Source of the DNA: Eubacteriales bacterium
Lineage (GTDB): Bacteria; Bacillota; Clostridia; Oscillospirales; JAAYXM01
Direction of reading: 5' to 3'
Length of the DNA stretch: 64,000 nt
NCBI GenBank assembly: GCA_045595365.1
Contig: JAZOAI010000005.1
Span: 1,198-65,197, forward strand
Numbering within the stretch: position 1 is the stretch's first letter; every line of letters begins with the position of its first letter. A program made the position numbers and the translations under genes. Below the pieces are notes generated by a model. That model had not been told where the DNA came from and made no database searches. It saw only the letters and a program-made list of their open reading frames with translations. Shown one piece after another: positions 11,109-22,771 of the stretch.

Positions 11109-11657
11109 ATGTCACGTATAGGAAGATCACCCATAGCAATTCCTGCAGGAGTTACAGTTACTGTAGGTAACGGTAATGAAGTTACCGTCAAGGGACCTAA
11201 GGGAACTCTTACTCAGACTCTCCACGCAGATATGATTATCACCGTCGAGGGCAGTGAAGTAAAGGTTGCGCGTCCCAGCGAGACAAAGGAGCATAAGAGC
11301 CTCCACGGTCTCACAAGAACCCTTATTAACAATATGGTTATCGGTGTAACCGAGGGTTACAGCAAGGAGCTTGATGTTAACGGCGTAGGTTACCGTGTTG
11401 CAAAGCAGGGTAAGCAGCTTGTTATGAATCTCGGTTATTCACATCAGGTTTTCGTTGATGAAATCCCGGGAATCACTCTTGATGCTCCGAACCCGAACAA
11501 GATTATTGTCAGCGGTGCTGACAAGCAGGTCGTCGGTCAGATTGCGGCTGAAATCCGCGAGAAGAGACCGCCGGAACCTTACAAGGGCAAGGGAATCAAG
11601 TATGTTGATGAGGTTATCCGCCGCAAGGAAGGTAAAGCCGGCGGCAAGAAGAAGTAA
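11109..11657 (+). CDS. rplF: 50S ribosomal protein L6
   Basis: [14 protein letters not shown]. Confidence 0.99.
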   Translation: MSRIGRSPIAIPAGVTVTVGNGNEVTVKGPKGTLTQTLHADMIITVEGSEVKVARPSETKEHKSLHGLTRTLINNMVIGVTEGYSKELDVNGVGYRVAKQGKQLVMNLGYSHQVFVDEIPGITLDAPNPNKIIVSGADKQVVGQIAAEIREKRPPEPYKGKGIKYVDEVIRRKEGKAGGKKK

Positions 11658-11673
11658 AGAGAGGTGCGCTTAA

Positions 11674-12033
11674 ATGGTATCCAAAGTTGATTCAAACAAA
11701 AAGCGCTTGATTCGCCACAAGAGAGTTCGCGCGAAGATAAGCGGAACAGCCGAGCGTCCTCGCCTTAACGTTTTCCGTAGCTTGTCGAACATCTATGCTC
11801 AGATTATCGACGATACAACAGGTAACACCCTTGTATCAGCAAGCTCTGTTGAAAGCGGTTTTGAGGGCAACGGCGGCAACAAAGAAGCTGCCAAGAAGGT
11901 CGGCGCAATGATTGCCGAGAGAGCAAAGGCAAAAGGCATAACTGAGGTTGTTTTTGACCGCGGCGGTTATGTTTACCACGGACGTGTAAAAGAACTTGCA
12001 GAAGGCGCTCGCGAGGGCGGACTTCAGTTTTAA
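11674..12033 (+). CDS. rplR: 50S ribosomal protein L18
   Basis: [14 protein letters not shown]. Confidence 0.99.
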   Translation: MVSKVDSNKKRLIRHKRVRAKISGTAERPRLNVFRSLSNIYAQIIDDTTGNTLVSASSVESGFEGNGGNKEAAKKVGAMIAERAKAKGITEVVFDRGGYVYHGRVKELAEGAREGGLQF

Positions 12034-12054
12034 TCGGGAGGAGGTAAGATTTTT

Positions 12055-12552
12055 ATGGCAGGAAGATTTGAAGAAAGAAACGATGAGTTTCAGGAAAGAG
12101 TCGTATCTCTTAACCGAGTATCTAAAACCGTTAAGGGTGGTCGTATCTTTAAGTTCGCAGCGCTCGTAGTTGTCGGTGACGGCAAGGGCACTGTCGGCTT
12201 CGGACTCGGCAAAGCAGCTGAAGTTCCGGATGCAATCCGCAAGGGTATTGAGGACGCGAAAAAGAACCTGGTAAAAATCGCGCTTTTGGGCACAACAATT
12301 CCGCACGAGGTCGTTGGTATCTTTGGTGCAGGAAAGGTGCTTCTTAAGCCGGCAGCTCCCGGTACCGGTGTTATCGCCGGAGGTCCTGTTCGTGCGGTTT
12401 TAGAGGTTGCAGGTATTCGTGATATTCGTACGAAGTGCCTCCGCTCCAACAATCCGCAGAATGTTGTTACTGCTACAATGGAGGGTCTTAAGTCTCTTCG
12501 TGTTGCTGAGGATGTTGCAGTCCTTCGCGGAAAAGCAGTTGACGAAATTTAA
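12055..12552 (+). CDS. rpsE: 30S ribosomal protein S5
   Basis: [22 protein letters not shown]. Confidence 0.99.
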   Translation: MAGRFEERNDEFQERVVSLNRVSKTVKGGRIFKFAALVVVGDGKGTVGFGLGKAAEVPDAIRKGIEDAKKNLVKIALLGTTIPHEVVGIFGAGKVLLKPAAPGTGVIAGGPVRAVLEVAGIRDIRTKCLRSNNPQNVVTATMEGLKSLRVAEDVAVLRGKAVDEI

Positions 12553-12573
12553 GATTAGTAGGAGGGCAAAGTA

Positions 12574-12753
12574 GTGTCTCAACTTAAAATAACGCTCACC
12601 AAAAGCTTGGTTGGCAGAATTGATAAGCACATTGCCACCGCCAAATCGCTTGGCCTTAAAAAGGTCAATAACGTTACAGTGCAGCCTGACAATGCGCAGA
12701 CTCGTGGCAAGATAGCTCAGATTTCTTATCTTGTCAAGGTCGAAGAAGTTTAA
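12574..12753 (+). CDS. rpmD: 50S ribosomal protein L30 (59 aa, not in ORF track; GTG start)
   Basis: Manual translation MSQLKITLTKSLVGRIDKHIATAKSLGLKK...YLVKVEEV; GGAGG RBS; position between rpsE and rplO. Confidence 0.97.
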   Translation: MSQLKITLTKSLVGRIDKHIATAKSLGLKKVNNVTVQPDNAQTRGKIAQISYLVKVEEV

Positions 12754-12768
12754 TAGGGAGGTGTAGCT

Positions 12769-13209
12769 ATGAAACTGCACGAATTATCTCCCGCAGCAGG
12801 CTCTGTCAGCGACGTTAAGCGTAAGGGCAGGGGTCCCGGCTCGGGCAATGGCAAAACAGCGGGAAAAGGTCATAAGGGTCAGAACGCGAGATCCGGCGGC
12901 GGTGTCCGTATCGGATTCGAAGGCGGTCAGATGCCTATTACCAGACGTCTCCCGAAGCGTGGTTTTAACAATATCTTTGCAAAGAAGTACGCAATAGTTA
13001 ATGTCGATGCTCTCAACGCATTCGACAACGGCGCCTTTGTAGGTGTCGAAGAGCTCCTTGCTAAGAAGATTATCCGTAAGGCTGAAGACGGCCTCCGTGT
13101 TCTCGGAAACGGTGATCTCAAAAAGAAGCTTACAGTAAAAGCTAATGCTTTCTCCGAATCGGCAAAGGCAAAGATTGAAGCCGCCGGAGGGAAGGTCGAG
13201 GTGGTCTAA
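12769..13209 (+). CDS. rplO: 50S ribosomal protein L15
   Basis: [19 protein letters not shown]. Confidence 0.99.
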   Translation: MKLHELSPAAGSVSDVKRKGRGPGSGNGKTAGKGHKGQNARSGGGVRIGFEGGQMPITRRLPKRGFNNIFAKKYAIVNVDALNAFDNGAFVGVEELLAKKIIRKAEDGLRVLGNGDLKKKLTVKANAFSESAKAKIEAAGGKVEVV

Positions 13210-14508
13210 TTGTTTACTACAATTAAGAACGCATGGAAAGTTCCTGAGCTTCGCAGCAAGATGATATTCACGCTTATATGCCTTTTCATCTTCAGGCTTG
13301 GCTCTGCAATCCCGGTTCCGTTTATAAATTCTGAACTCTTAAGCGGTCTTTTTGACACTTACGGCAATACTATTTTCGGATTTATGAACGTTATGTCCGG
13401 TGGTGCTTTCGAACAGGCTAAGATATTCGCGCTGTCCATTCAGCCGTATATCAACGCATCAATCATTATGCAGCTTTTAGCAGTTGCAATTCCTGCTCTT
13501 GAGCGTCTTTCAAAGGAAGGCGGCGAAGAGGGCAAGAAGAAAATCGCATCAATCACTCGCTATGTCACAATTGCAATAGCTCTTCTCCAGGGGTTTGCTT
13601 ACTATTCATTGCTCAAGAACGGCGCAGGTACAGGCACAAGCTTTATCGACGTTCAGGGCTTGAACGGAACCTTGGTTGCTATCTCAATTATCGCATCCTT
13701 CACAGCAGGTTCAGCGTTTATTATGTGGCTTGGTGAGCAGATCACGGAGCATGGTATTGGAAACGGAATCTCAATGATTCTTTTCGTAAGTATCATTTCC
13801 CGTGTATACCCTGCGATTCAGTCTCTTATCGGTAACTATGCAAACCTTCAGTGGTATGGAATCGGTGCAATTATCGTTGTATTCCTTGCAGTAATCGCGT
13901 TCATCATCTTCTTTGATGGTGCAGAGCGCAGACTTTCCATCCAGTATGCAAAGCGCGTAGTTGGCCGTAAGATGTACGGCGGCCGCAGCACACATCTGCC
14001 GATTAAAGTAAATATGTCAGGCGTTATGCCTATCATCTTTGCATCAAGTATTGCGACTTTCCCGGCTACAATTGCTGCGTTCTTCCCGAATAAGAGCGGC
14101 TTCTGGCAGTTTATGCTGGATAAGGTCTTTGCTCCGAACAGCTGGCCGTATGCAGTTATCTACCTCATTCTCATCGTAGCATTCAGCTATTTCTACGCAG
14201 CTATTCAGTACAACCCGACTGAAATTGCAAATAACCTTAAAAACAACGGCGGATTTCTTCCGGGCTTCCGTCCGGGCAAGCCGACTGCTGATTTTATAAC
14301 AAAGGTTATGAACAAGATTACGCTCTTTGGCGCATTGTTCCTCGGTGTTGTAGCAGTTCTTCCGATTGTCGTCGGAAACTTCACACCGGGCATCAACCTC
14401 TCAATCGGCGGTACTTCGGTACTCATCGTTGTAGGTGTTGCGCTTGAAACAGTAAAGCAGCTCGAATCTCAGCTTATGATGAGAAACTATAAGGGCTTCC
14501 TTGAATAG
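13210..14508 (+). CDS. secY: Preprotein translocase SecY (TTG start)
   Basis: PYINASII, GIGNGIS, GVMPIIFA, GGTSVLIVVGV. Confidence 0.99.
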   Translation: MFTTIKNAWKVPELRSKMIFTLICLFIFRLGSAIPVPFINSELLSGLFDTYGNTIFGFMNVMSGGAFEQAKIFALSIQPYINASIIMQLLAVAIPALERLSKEGGEEGKKKIASITRYVTIAIALLQGFAYYSLLKNGAGTGTSFIDVQGLNGTLVAISIIASFTAGSAFIMWLGEQITEHGIGNGISMILFVSIISRVYPAIQSLIGNYANLQWYGIGAIIVVFLAVIAFIIFFDGAERRLSIQYAKRVVGRKMYGGRSTHLPIKVNMSGVMPIIFASSIATFPATIAAFFPNKSGFWQFMLDKVFAPNSWPYAVIYLILIVAFSYFYAAIQYNPTEIANNLKNNGGFLPGFRPGKPTADFITKVMNKITLFGALFLGVVAVLPIVVGNFTPGINLSIGGTSVLIVVGVALETVKQLESQLMMRNYKGFLE

Positions 14509-14523
14509 GAGGGCAAACGCAAA

Positions 14524-15156
14524 ATGAAGCTTATTCTCCTCGGCGCCCCGGGTGCCGGAAAAGGAACTCAGGCAGAGCTCATTTGCAAAAAGCTCAGCAT
14601 CCCGACTATTTCTACCGGGAATATTCTGAGGGAAGCAATCAAGAACAAGACAGAACGCGGGATAATGGCAAAGTCATTTATGGATGCGGGAAAGCTTGTT
14701 CCGGATGAAGTCGTTGTCGGTATTGTATCAGAGCGCCTTTTGTCGGATGACTGCAAGAATGGATTCATTCTTGACGGTATGCCGAGAACAGTTGCGCAGG
14801 CCGAGGCTCTTGACGAGATGGGCGTCGAAATAGATGTGGTTATCTCGATAGAAGTCGATGATTCGGTAATAGAAACCCGTATGAGCGGTCGCCGGGTATG
14901 CGAAAGCTGCGGGGCTTCCTATCATACAGAGCATAAAAAACCGAAGAGTGACGGCGTGTGTGATTCCTGCGGCGGGAAGCTTGTTCTCCGCGCGGATGAT
15001 GCACCCGAGACAGTTCGCGACAGACTTTCGGTATATCATAAGCAGACAGAACCGCTTATTGCGTTTTATGAATCAAAGGGAATCCTTAAAAGCGTTAAGG
15101 GAAGCGACGGAATATCCGACACAACCCGACGTGTTTTTGAGGCCCTGGGGGTATAA
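14524..15156 (+). CDS. adk: Adenylate kinase (Zn lid)
   Basis: GAPGAGKGTQ, ILDGMPR, CxxC lid. Confidence 0.99.
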   Translation: MKLILLGAPGAGKGTQAELICKKLSIPTISTGNILREAIKNKTERGIMAKSFMDAGKLVPDEVVVGIVSERLLSDDCKNGFILDGMPRTVAQAEALDEMGVEIDVVISIEVDDSVIETRMSGRRVCESCGASYHTEHKKPKSDGVCDSCGGKLVLRADDAPETVRDRLSVYHKQTEPLIAFYESKGILKSVKGSDGISDTTRRVFEALGV

Positions 15157-15215
15157 AATGTATAAGGTTTGTGCTTCAAACGCACTGCTTGTGCAGTGAT
15201 GGGAGGTAAGAGCTT

Positions 15216-15971
15216 ATGATACAAATAAAATCAAAACGTGAAATAGAGCTTATGCGCTGTGCAGGTCGCATAGCGGCAAACGCTCTTGCTGCTGCAGGAC
15301 GTGCAGTGGCACCGGGAATTACAACCAGAGAGTTAAACGAACTAATTAAGCGGTCAATTGAGAAAGACGGAGCATATCCGAGCTTCCTTGGATATGCCGG
15401 CTTTCCCGGTGCAGCTTGTATTTCGGTAAACGACGAGGTAATTCACGGCATACCGGGTGCGAGAACTCTCAAAGAGGGCGACTTGGTAAAAATTGATGTA
15501 GGGGCGACATATCAGGGCTATATCGGCGACTGTGCCAACACCTTCCCCGTAGGGAAGATTGATGATGAGGCACAGAGACTTATAGATGTAACCCGGCAGA
15601 GCTTCTATGAGGGTATGAAATACGCTCACACGGGCAACAGAATCTCTGATATTTCTCATGCAATTCAGAGCTATGTCGAAGAAAACGGTTTTTCGGTAGT
15701 CCGGAAATATGTTGGACACGGTGTAGGTTCAAAGCTTCATGAGGAGCCTGAGGTGCCGAACTTCGGCAAACCGGGCGTCGGGGCGCGGCTTGTCAGCGGA
15801 ATGACGATAGCCGTTGAGCCTATGGTAAATCAGGGCGTTTATACCGTCAAAGAGCTAAGCGACGGCTGGACCGTGAAAACGCGGGACGGAAAGCTGTCTG
15901 CCCATTATGAAAACTCGGTGTTAATAACAGAGAACGGCCCTGAAATATTAACCTTGGCAAGTGAATCTTAG
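15216..15971 (+). CDS. map: Methionine aminopeptidase type I
   Basis: CISVNDEVIHGIP, GHGVG, AVEPM, SAHYE. Confidence 0.98.
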   Translation: MIQIKSKREIELMRCAGRIAANALAAAGRAVAPGITTRELNELIKRSIEKDGAYPSFLGYAGFPGAACISVNDEVIHGIPGARTLKEGDLVKIDVGATYQGYIGDCANTFPVGKIDDEAQRLIDVTRQSFYEGMKYAHTGNRISDISHAIQSYVEENGFSVVRKYVGHGVGSKLHEEPEVPNFGKPGVGARLVSGMTIAVEPMVNQGVYTVKELSDGWTVKTRDGKLSAHYENSVLITENGPEILTLASES

Positions 15972-15986
15972 TAGAGGAAATAAAAA

Positions 15987-16278
15987 ATGGAAGCAGATGT
16001 TGGACATATAGTTATTTCTCTCGCAGGTCGCGACAAGGAGCGACTGTTCTACGTATTAAAAACCGAAGAGAACTTCGTGTACCTTGCTGACGGAAGTCTT
16101 CGAAGGATAGAGTCCGCAAAGAAGAAAAAGCGAAAGCACGTGAAGGTAGTCATATCAGATTGCGAGTCGCGTGTTTCGCAAAAACTCCGTTCAGGTGAAA
16201 AGGTATTAAACAGCGAGATGCGCAAAGCATTATCGGGATTTTCCGAAATGCACTTACAAGCAGAGGGAGGTAATTTGC

Positions 16279-16286
<8 letters not shown>
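15987..16286 (+). CDS. KOW-domain RNA-binding protein (L14e-like)
   Basis: [13 protein letters not shown]...KKKK.KH; conserved position between map and infA. Confidence 0.85.
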
Positions 16287-16699
<413 letters not shown>

Positions 16700-16734
16700 T
16701 CAAAAACCCACATACAAAATTGGAGGTATGTTAA

Positions 16735-17103
16735 ATGGCACGTATAGCCGGAGTTGACCTTCCGAGAGAGAAGAGAGTCGAAATTGGACTCACATATATT
16801 TTCGGTATCGGAAGAAAGCGTTCAAACCAGATACTGGCTGCAACGGGAGTAAATCCTGACACACGCGTCAAGGATCTTACCGAGGAAGACGAAGTCAAGC
16901 TTCGTGATTACATCGGCAAGAATTTTGCAGTAGAAGGCGACCTTCGCCGTGAACTTGCTCTTGACATCAAGCGTCTTATCGAGATTGGTTCCTATCGCGG
17001 CCTCAGACACAGAAAGGGCCTTCCGGTTCGCGGACAGCGCTCAAAGACAAACGCAAGAACACGCAAGGGTCCGAAGAGGACGATTGCAAACAAGAAGAAG
17101 TAA
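16735..17103 (+). CDS. rpsM: 30S ribosomal protein S13
   Basis: [25 protein letters not shown]. Confidence 0.99.
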   Translation: MARIAGVDLPREKRVEIGLTYIFGIGRKRSNQILAATGVNPDTRVKDLTEEDEVKLRDYIGKNFAVEGDLRRELALDIKRLIEIGSYRGLRHRKGLPVRGQRSKTNARTRKGPKRTIANKKK

Positions 17104-17117
17104 GGAGGTTATGTTAA

Positions 17118-17522
17118 ATGGCTAGTCCTAAAACAGCAAAGAAGGGCGTATCAAGAAAGCGTCGCGAGCGTAAGAATATAGAAAATGGCGCGGCACATAT
17201 CCGTTCCTCCTTCAACAATACAATGGTAACCATCACAGACCTTAACGGAAACGCACTTTCATGGGCATCAAGCGGCGGCATGGGCTTCCGCGGATCCCGT
17301 AAGTCCACTCCGTTTGCAGCTCAGGTTGCAGCTGAAACAGCTGCAAAGGCAGCTATGGAGCACGGTCTTAAGACAGTTGAAGTTTATGTTAAGGGTCCGG
17401 GTGCAGGCCGTGAGGCTGCAATCCGTGCGCTTCAGGCAGCAGGCCTTGAAGTTAACATGATCAAAGACGTTACTCCGATTCCGCACAATGGTTGCCGCCC
17501 GCCGAAGAGAAGGCGCGTATAG
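17118..17522 (+). CDS. rpsK: 30S ribosomal protein S11
   Basis: [23 protein letters not shown]. Confidence 0.99.
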   Translation: MASPKTAKKGVSRKRRERKNIENGAAHIRSSFNNTMVTITDLNGNALSWASSGGMGFRGSRKSTPFAAQVAAETAAKAAMEHGLKTVEVYVKGPGAGREAAIRALQAAGLEVNMIKDVTPIPHNGCRPPKRRRV

Positions 17523-17543
17523 TTTTTTGGAGGTGTAAAACAA

Positions 17544-18173
17544 ATGGCAAGATATACAGGAGCTGTCTGCAGGCTCTGCCGCAGAGAAAATCAGAAGCTT
17601 CATTTAAAGGGAGACCGCTGCTATACAGGCAAGTGCGCTCTTGACCGCCGTCCGGCACAGGCTCCGGGTCAGCACGGTAAGGGCCGCAAAAAGCTCTCAG
17701 AGTACGGTCTGCAGCTTCGTGAGAAGCAGAAGGCAAGACGCTATTATTGCGTAAACGAGGTTCAGTTTCACAAGTATTTTGAAATGGCTGTTGCGAAGCA
17801 GGGTATCACCGGTGAAAACCTTCTCCGCATTCTCGAGTCACGTCTTGATAACGTTGTTTACAGACTTGGTCTTGCAATGAGCCGTCCTGAGGCGCGCCAG
17901 CTTGTAAACCACGGTCACTTTACAGTAAACGGCAAGAGAGTTAATATCCCGTCTTACCTCTTAAAGGCAGGCGATGTCGTCGCAGTATGCGAAAAGAGCC
18001 GCTCACTTACAAAGTTCAAGGACGTTGTTGAAGCCAACTCTTCACGTGTTGCACCGAAGTGGCTTGACTTCAATAAAACAACATTCGAGGCTAAAGTTAT
18101 GAATCTTCCGGATAGAGCAGATATTGATCTTCCGATTGAGGAGCATCTCATCGTCGAGTTGTACTCTAAGTAA
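17544..18173 (+). CDS. rpsD: 30S ribosomal protein S4
   Basis: [29 protein letters not shown]. Confidence 0.99.
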   Translation: MARYTGAVCRLCRRENQKLHLKGDRCYTGKCALDRRPAQAPGQHGKGRKKLSEYGLQLREKQKARRYYCVNEVQFHKYFEMAVAKQGITGENLLRILESRLDNVVYRLGLAMSRPEARQLVNHGHFTVNGKRVNIPSYLLKAGDVVAVCEKSRSLTKFKDVVEANSSRVAPKWLDFNKTTFEAKVMNLPDRADIDLPIEEHLIVELYSK

Positions 18174-18245
18174 GGTTTCATAAGGCCCTCGGAGCTACGA
18201 GTGTAATTAAGCGCGGCACTGCCGCAAAAAGGAGGGTAAACATTT

Positions 18246-19196
18246 ATGATGATAGAAATTGAGAAGCCCCGTATAGAGTGTTTGGATTTAGTTGAGGACG
18301 GTTCTTACGGAAAGTTTATAATCGAGCCGCTGGAGAGAGGCTATGGCACAACCCTTGGCAACTCACTCCGCCGCGTGCTTCTTTCATCGCTTCCCGGTGT
18401 CGCTGTTACAGCTATCAAGATTGCAGGAATCGCACATGAGTTTTCAACGATTCCCGGAGTTAAGGAAGACGTAACAGAGATAGTTCTCAACATAAAGAAG
18501 ATTGTTGCGAAGCTTCATACAGATGAGCCGCAGACGGTTTCCATTGACGTTTCTGAAGAAGGAGAGGTCACTGCAGGAGACATCCAGTCTACCGGCGAGG
18601 TTGAGATATTAAACCCCGAGCTTCACATCGCAACACTCGGCGCAAATGCATCTCTTTCCATGGAGCTTACATTTGCACACGGCCGTGGATACGTTTCAGC
18701 AGAGCGCAACAAAGAGCCTCAGGCTGCAATCGGCGTCCTTCCGATAGATTCTATCTACACGCCTGTTCACAAGGTGAACTACTATGTCGAGAACACACGC
18801 GTCGGCAATATGACCGACTATGACAAGCTCACCATTGAGATATGGACGAACAAAACGATTTCTGCACGTGATGCAGTTTCGTACAGCGCAAAGATATTAA
18901 ACGACCATCTCTCGCTCTTTATTGATTTGTCTGAGGACATCGGCAACACTTCTACAGTAATTGAGAAGGCTGAAAATCAGCGCAATAAGGTTCTTGAGAT
19001 GACAATTGAGGAGCTTGACCTTTCAGTTCGTTCCTTTAACTGCTTAAAGCGTGCGGGAATAAACACGGTTGAGGATCTCATAAATAAGACTCAGGAGGAT
19101 ATGATGAAGGTTCGTAACCTCGGTCATAAATCTCTTGAGGAAGTTATCAACAAACTTGATACTATGGGGCTCTCACTTGCAAGCGAGGACAATTAA
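18246..19196 (+). CDS. rpoA: RNA polymerase alpha subunit
   Basis: [31 protein letters not shown]. Confidence 0.99.
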   Translation: MMIEIEKPRIECLDLVEDGSYGKFIIEPLERGYGTTLGNSLRRVLLSSLPGVAVTAIKIAGIAHEFSTIPGVKEDVTEIVLNIKKIVAKLHTDEPQTVSIDVSEEGEVTAGDIQSTGEVEILNPELHIATLGANASLSMELTFAHGRGYVSAERNKEPQAAIGVLPIDSIYTPVHKVNYYVENTRVGNMTDYDKLTIEIWTNKTISARDAVSYSAKILNDHLSLFIDLSEDIGNTSTVIEKAENQRNKVLEMTIEELDLSVRSFNCLKRAGINTVEDLINKTQEDMMKVRNLGHKSLEEVINKLDTMGLSLASEDN

Positions 19197-19239
19197 TGTC
19201 CCGCTTGCGGCATGAGCCATTATAAAAGGAGGTATAACA

Positions 19240-19581
19240 ATGCCCGGAACACGTAAGCTCGGACGTACCACAGACGCACGTATGGCAATGCTTCGCGCAA
19301 TGGTTACGTATTTGCTTGAAAACGGAAAAATTGAAACAACGCTTATGCGTGCAAAGGAAGTTCGTCCTCTTACCGAGAAGATGATTACTCTCGGAAAGAC
19401 AAATACTCTTCACAATAAGCGTCAGGCTCTTGCTTTTATAACTAAGGAAGACGTCGTCAAGAAGCTTTTTGACGAGATTGCTCCGAAGTATGCAGAGCGC
19501 AACGGCGGATATTGCCGCATCACAAAGCTCGGCCCGCGCCGCGGTGACTGTGCTGAGATGGCAATAATCGAGCTCATCTAA
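19240..19581 (+). CDS. rplQ: 50S ribosomal protein L17
   Basis: [18 protein letters not shown]. Confidence 0.99.
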   Translation: MPGTRKLGRTTDARMAMLRAMVTYLLENGKIETTLMRAKEVRPLTEKMITLGKTNTLHNKRQALAFITKEDVVKKLFDEIAPKYAERNGGYCRITKLGPRRGDCAEMAIIELI

Positions 19582-19591
19582 CACATAGCGT

Positions 19592-19642
19592 AAAAGGATT
19601 ACCTCAGAGTTTCAAGCCTCTGAAGTAATCCTTTTTTCTTTT
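19592..19642 (+). terminator. Terminator ending ribosomal superoperon (likely bidirectional)
   Basis: aaaaggattac.tcagag/ctctga.gtaatccttttt. Confidence 0.85.
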
Positions 19643-19653
19643 CCTTTAAATAA

Positions 19654-20724
19654 TTATTCACCGAGAGACAAGAGCTTGCTTGCAAACTCATCTGCAAAAG
19701 CATATAATCGCTCAAAATCTATATGCGGGTTATATATTTCTTCAAGCTCGTCGTGAACAAGCTTTGCGGAGGAGAGAAGCTCACAGGCATTGCCCAAAAA
19801 GGCACGCCTTATGCGTCGCAGATTTCTTGCGTTTGCTCGGGCAGAGCCTTCAAGCGCGGCTTCAACCTTCGAATCCAGACGGATTTTCCTGTAATACTCG
19901 AGATTAATGGGAATATCTCTTGAGGAGGAGATAAACGCAATTGAGAGCTCCGGGATAAGCAGGTGTGAAATTTGCGAGGGCTTAAGCGGGCTATGGCAGG
20001 TGATGCACGGATATCCGGCTGATAAGCAGGCGGACTTGATTTCTGAAAGAATAAAGTGAGAAAGCCCATATGAATCTTCAATTATATATATTCGCTTTGC
20101 TTCTTCTTCGCAGCCTGAGAGCAACGATAAGTATCCCTTTGGAGAAATAGCCTCGCAAAAGCGTCGTTTTGCCTCCGCTCCGCTTCCTTTTCCAACTATC
20201 TCGCGGGAAGCAATTGCGCGCGCTTTCTTTTTCAAGGCTTCAACACTAATCGCGCCAAGCGCAATATCAAAAAGCTCATCGTCAATTTTTTCAGCGCATG
20301 CGCACATGCGGTAAACGTGGTCAAAATAAGCGGAGTATTTATTTTTAACTTCAATAATCTCTTTTTTGTGTTCCTGAATTTTCGGAATATCGGCAAACTG
20401 CCCGAGATTTACATATTGTTCAACTGCGAGGGGAAAGGAAGGCTCTGTAACGTGCGGGGCTGTGCCGTCGACTATTGCCGTGCCAAGCGTCGGGAAGACA
20501 ACTCCGTCTAACGAGTCAGGGTCAGAGGAGCAGTATATTTTTTCAACCGGAATAGAGTTCTCCTCGGCTTTTTTCATAACGCGGCGCATAAGCGAGGATT
20601 TGCCGCTTCCGGGGCCACCTTTTAAAATGTAAACCGCGTGAGCTTTACTGAGGTCGATAAGCTCTTTGTAAAAGGAGTGGAAACCGCCACCTGAATTTGC
20701 GCCTAAAAAGAAAGATGAAAACAT
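19654..20724 (-). CDS. P-loop ATPase, PRK06851-like conserved clostridial protein
   Basis: FFLGANSGGGF, LKGGPGSGKS, CSSDPDSLDG, DGTAPH motifs. Confidence 0.8.
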   Translation of the reverse strand: MFSSFFLGANSGGGFHSFYKELIDLSKAHAVYILKGGPGSGKSSLMRRVMKKAEENSIPVEKIYCSSDPDSLDGVVFPTLGTAIVDGTAPHVTEPSFPLAVEQYVNLGQFADIPKIQEHKKEIIEVKNKYSAYFDHVYRMCACAEKIDDELFDIALGAISVEALKKKARAIASREIVGKGSGAEAKRRFCEAISPKGYLSLLSGCEEEAKRIYIIEDSYGLSHFILSEIKSACLSAGYPCITCHSPLKPSQISHLLIPELSIAFISSSRDIPINLEYYRKIRLDSKVEAALEGSARANARNLRRIRRAFLGNACELLSSAKLVHDELEEIYNPHIDFERLYAFADEFASKLLSLGE

Positions 20725-20809
20725 AAAATCCCTCCGAATGTACTTTGCTATACATTATGCGAAAAACACATTGTTTGACACGTATATCAAGTACAATTCG
20801 GAGGAACTC

Positions 20810-22210
20810 TCATTTTTGGGATATCCTCATTCGCAAAACCTTAGCTTTAAAATCTTTGAAGTTAAAGGGAATAAGCGGATACAGGTAACAATGGCCGGAA
20901 ACAGTTTTATTGGCGAGAAGAATGATGAAAATGGCAAGAACTCCGGTGATATAGCCTGTAAAGCTAAACGCCCCTACAAGCACAAGAAGCAGCATCCTCA
21001 TAAATTTCAAAGCATAGCCGAGTTCAAATCCCGGCTGTGTATAATTTGCAACTGCTACAAGCGCCATATACAGAAGAGTTTGCGGAACGAACCACCCCGA
21101 TTCTACGGCAAAGTCACCGACGATAATTGCACCCACCATAGAAAGAGAGGTTGTCAGCATATTCGGGGTGTTGAGTGAGGCAAGCTTAAGCCCATCTATC
21201 ATAATTTCAAGGATAAGAAGCTGCAGAAAAATCGGAACATTTATTGGGGCGTCAACTCTTATAAACGACAGCCACTTGGGAATCCATTCGGGATTCTTGA
21301 GGAGAAGAACCCAGGTAGGTGTAAGAAATGTTGTCAGGAAGGTGACGAGAAACCGGCAAAGGCGGAGATATGTTCCGGTGATGGGCGGCAGGTAATAATC
21401 GTTCGCCTCTTCCATTATATCAAAGACAGTTGCGGGAATTATCATAGCGCTCGGTGCATTATCCACGAGAATTATAATATCCCCCTCGAAAAGCTGGGCG
21501 GCGGTTGTGTCAGGGCGTTCTGAGTATTTAAACTTGGGAAACGGATTAAACCAACGTCGAGGAGAGAGAATCTCGGCAAGGCTCTCCTGATTCATAGTGA
21601 GAGCCTCCACATCAGCTCTCTTAAGCTTTTCGCGTATCTTAGAAAGGAGCTTCTCATCTGCTTTCCCTTCAATATAACACAGAGCAATATCGGTTTTAGA
21701 ACGCGTTCCGAGAGTATGATACTCAACTGAAAAATTCGTATCGCGAATTCTCCGCCGCAGGAGGGCAGTGTTAAAAATAAGAATTTCAACAAAACCGTCG
21801 TGAGACCCGCGGAAGACCTTGTCGCGATCAGGCTCCGCTATTTCGCGCTGCGGATATGTTCGAAGGTCGATAGAGATGCATTTTGAAAACCCTTCTATAT
21901 AAAGAATCATCGCACCGGACAAGACCTGTTCGATTGCTTTTTCGGCATTCTCTTCAGTCGTAACCTCAACATAAGGAACGCAGTTTTCAGAAAAGGTTTC
22001 AGCATCCCGGACCATAGCCTCATCTGTTACGTTAAAGAAAAAATCCATAAGCCTTTCTGAAATCTCATCCTTCATAAAGCCGTCAACAAAAAGGAGAAAG
22101 GCACGCTTTTTGCAGATTGTGATATCGCGTTTGACGAGGTCAAAACTTGCATTTAGTCGCATTTTCTTTGAGAACAGGGAAGCTACATCGTCAAAATTAC
22201 TAGAAAGCAT
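20810..22210 (-). CDS. spoVAF: Spore germination protein GerA/SpoVAF family
   Basis: RGSHDGFVE..NTALLRRRIRD, SERPD, C-terminal TM region, YLYPLIPFN. Confidence 0.85.
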   Translation of the reverse strand: MLSSNFDDVASLFSKKMRLNASFDLVKRDITICKKRAFLLFVDGFMKDEISERLMDFFFNVTDEAMVRDAETFSENCVPYVEVTTEENAEKAIEQVLSGAMILYIEGFSKCISIDLRTYPQREIAEPDRDKVFRGSHDGFVEILIFNTALLRRRIRDTNFSVEYHTLGTRSKTDIALCYIEGKADEKLLSKIREKLKRADVEALTMNQESLAEILSPRRWFNPFPKFKYSERPDTTAAQLFEGDIIILVDNAPSAMIIPATVFDIMEEANDYYLPPITGTYLRLCRFLVTFLTTFLTPTWVLLLKNPEWIPKWLSFIRVDAPINVPIFLQLLILEIMIDGLKLASLNTPNMLTTSLSMVGAIIVGDFAVESGWFVPQTLLYMALVAVANYTQPGFELGYALKFMRMLLLVLVGAFSFTGYITGVLAIFIILLANKTVSGHCYLYPLIPFNFKDFKAKVLRMRISQK

Positions 22211-22225
22211 AATTTAATTCTCCCA

Positions 22226-22588
22226 TCAGCTTGAAAAATCTTCGAGCAGGCTCTGAAGCTCAAGCTCGCCGTTCACAACAATTCCTTCGGCAAGCTGTTC
22301 GCGGTCAAAATGGCGAAGCGTGCCGGCGTAAATGTCGGTAACAATTATCGGCCGGGTGTCGTCAGCTTCATTGAAGACAACTAAAATGCCGTCTTGTATT
22401 TTCACGGTATACTTTTCGTTTTCTAAAAGCTTTTCATCTTCTGCGGGAGAAAAGGCATCTACATTTTCTGTTGGCGCATCAGAATTCTCCTTTTTTGATT
22501 CCCAAAGCTTCGAGATTCCTCCGCTTAAAAAACCGAGCATTATGAAAAGTGCGCATGCGGCAATTGTCAGGCGTTTCTGTGAACTCAT
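22226..22588 (-). CDS. Membrane-anchored BofC C-terminal domain-like protein
   Basis: N-terminal TM helix; C-terminus LAEGIVV..ELELQSLLEDFSS resembles BofC_C. Confidence 0.6.
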   Translation of the reverse strand: MSSQKRLTIAACALFIMLGFLSGGISKLWESKKENSDAPTENVDAFSPAEDEKLLENEKYTVKIQDGILVVFNEADDTRPIIVTDIYAGTLRHFDREQLAEGIVVNGELELQSLLEDFSS

Positions 22589-22620
22589 TACAATCACTTC
22601 CATTCAAAATGTGGTATCCT

Positions 22621-22650
22621 TATTATTGCCGTAAAGCTCGGTTTTGATAC
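22621..22650 (-). promoter_or_regulatory. Putative sigma-F promoter for bofC-like gene
   Basis: Minus strand GTATC-15 bp-GGCAATAATA matches GYATA-N15-GGnnAnAnTA. Confidence 0.55.
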
Positions 22651-22766
22651 AAAGAAGGAGCGCCTGAAGCTCAAAGGAGGAGAGCATCAGGCGCCAATGA
22701 AGTGGGTTGTGGGGATAAAGATATGAATGGACATCCGCTCTTTGAAAGAGCGTTTGTCTCTCATCA
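22650..22766 (-). ncRNA. Candidate small RNA (C-rich, anti-SD loop)
   Basis: Own sigma-A promoter, 5' hairpin, ATCCCCACAACCCAC linker, 3' hairpin with CTCCTCCTTT loop and pyrimidine tail. Confidence 0.55.
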
Positions 22767-22771
22767 CATAT

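Noticed and set aside
15158-15199. 13-aa ORF MYKVCASNALLVQ between adk and map
   Set aside because: Weak RBS, very short, no supporting features.
22650-22766. 6S RNA or a plus-strand peptide (MKWVVGIKI) after AAAGGAGG
   Set aside because: Too short and lacks the long 5'/3' closing stem of 6S. The plus-strand ATG is ~16 nt from the SD and has no promoter.
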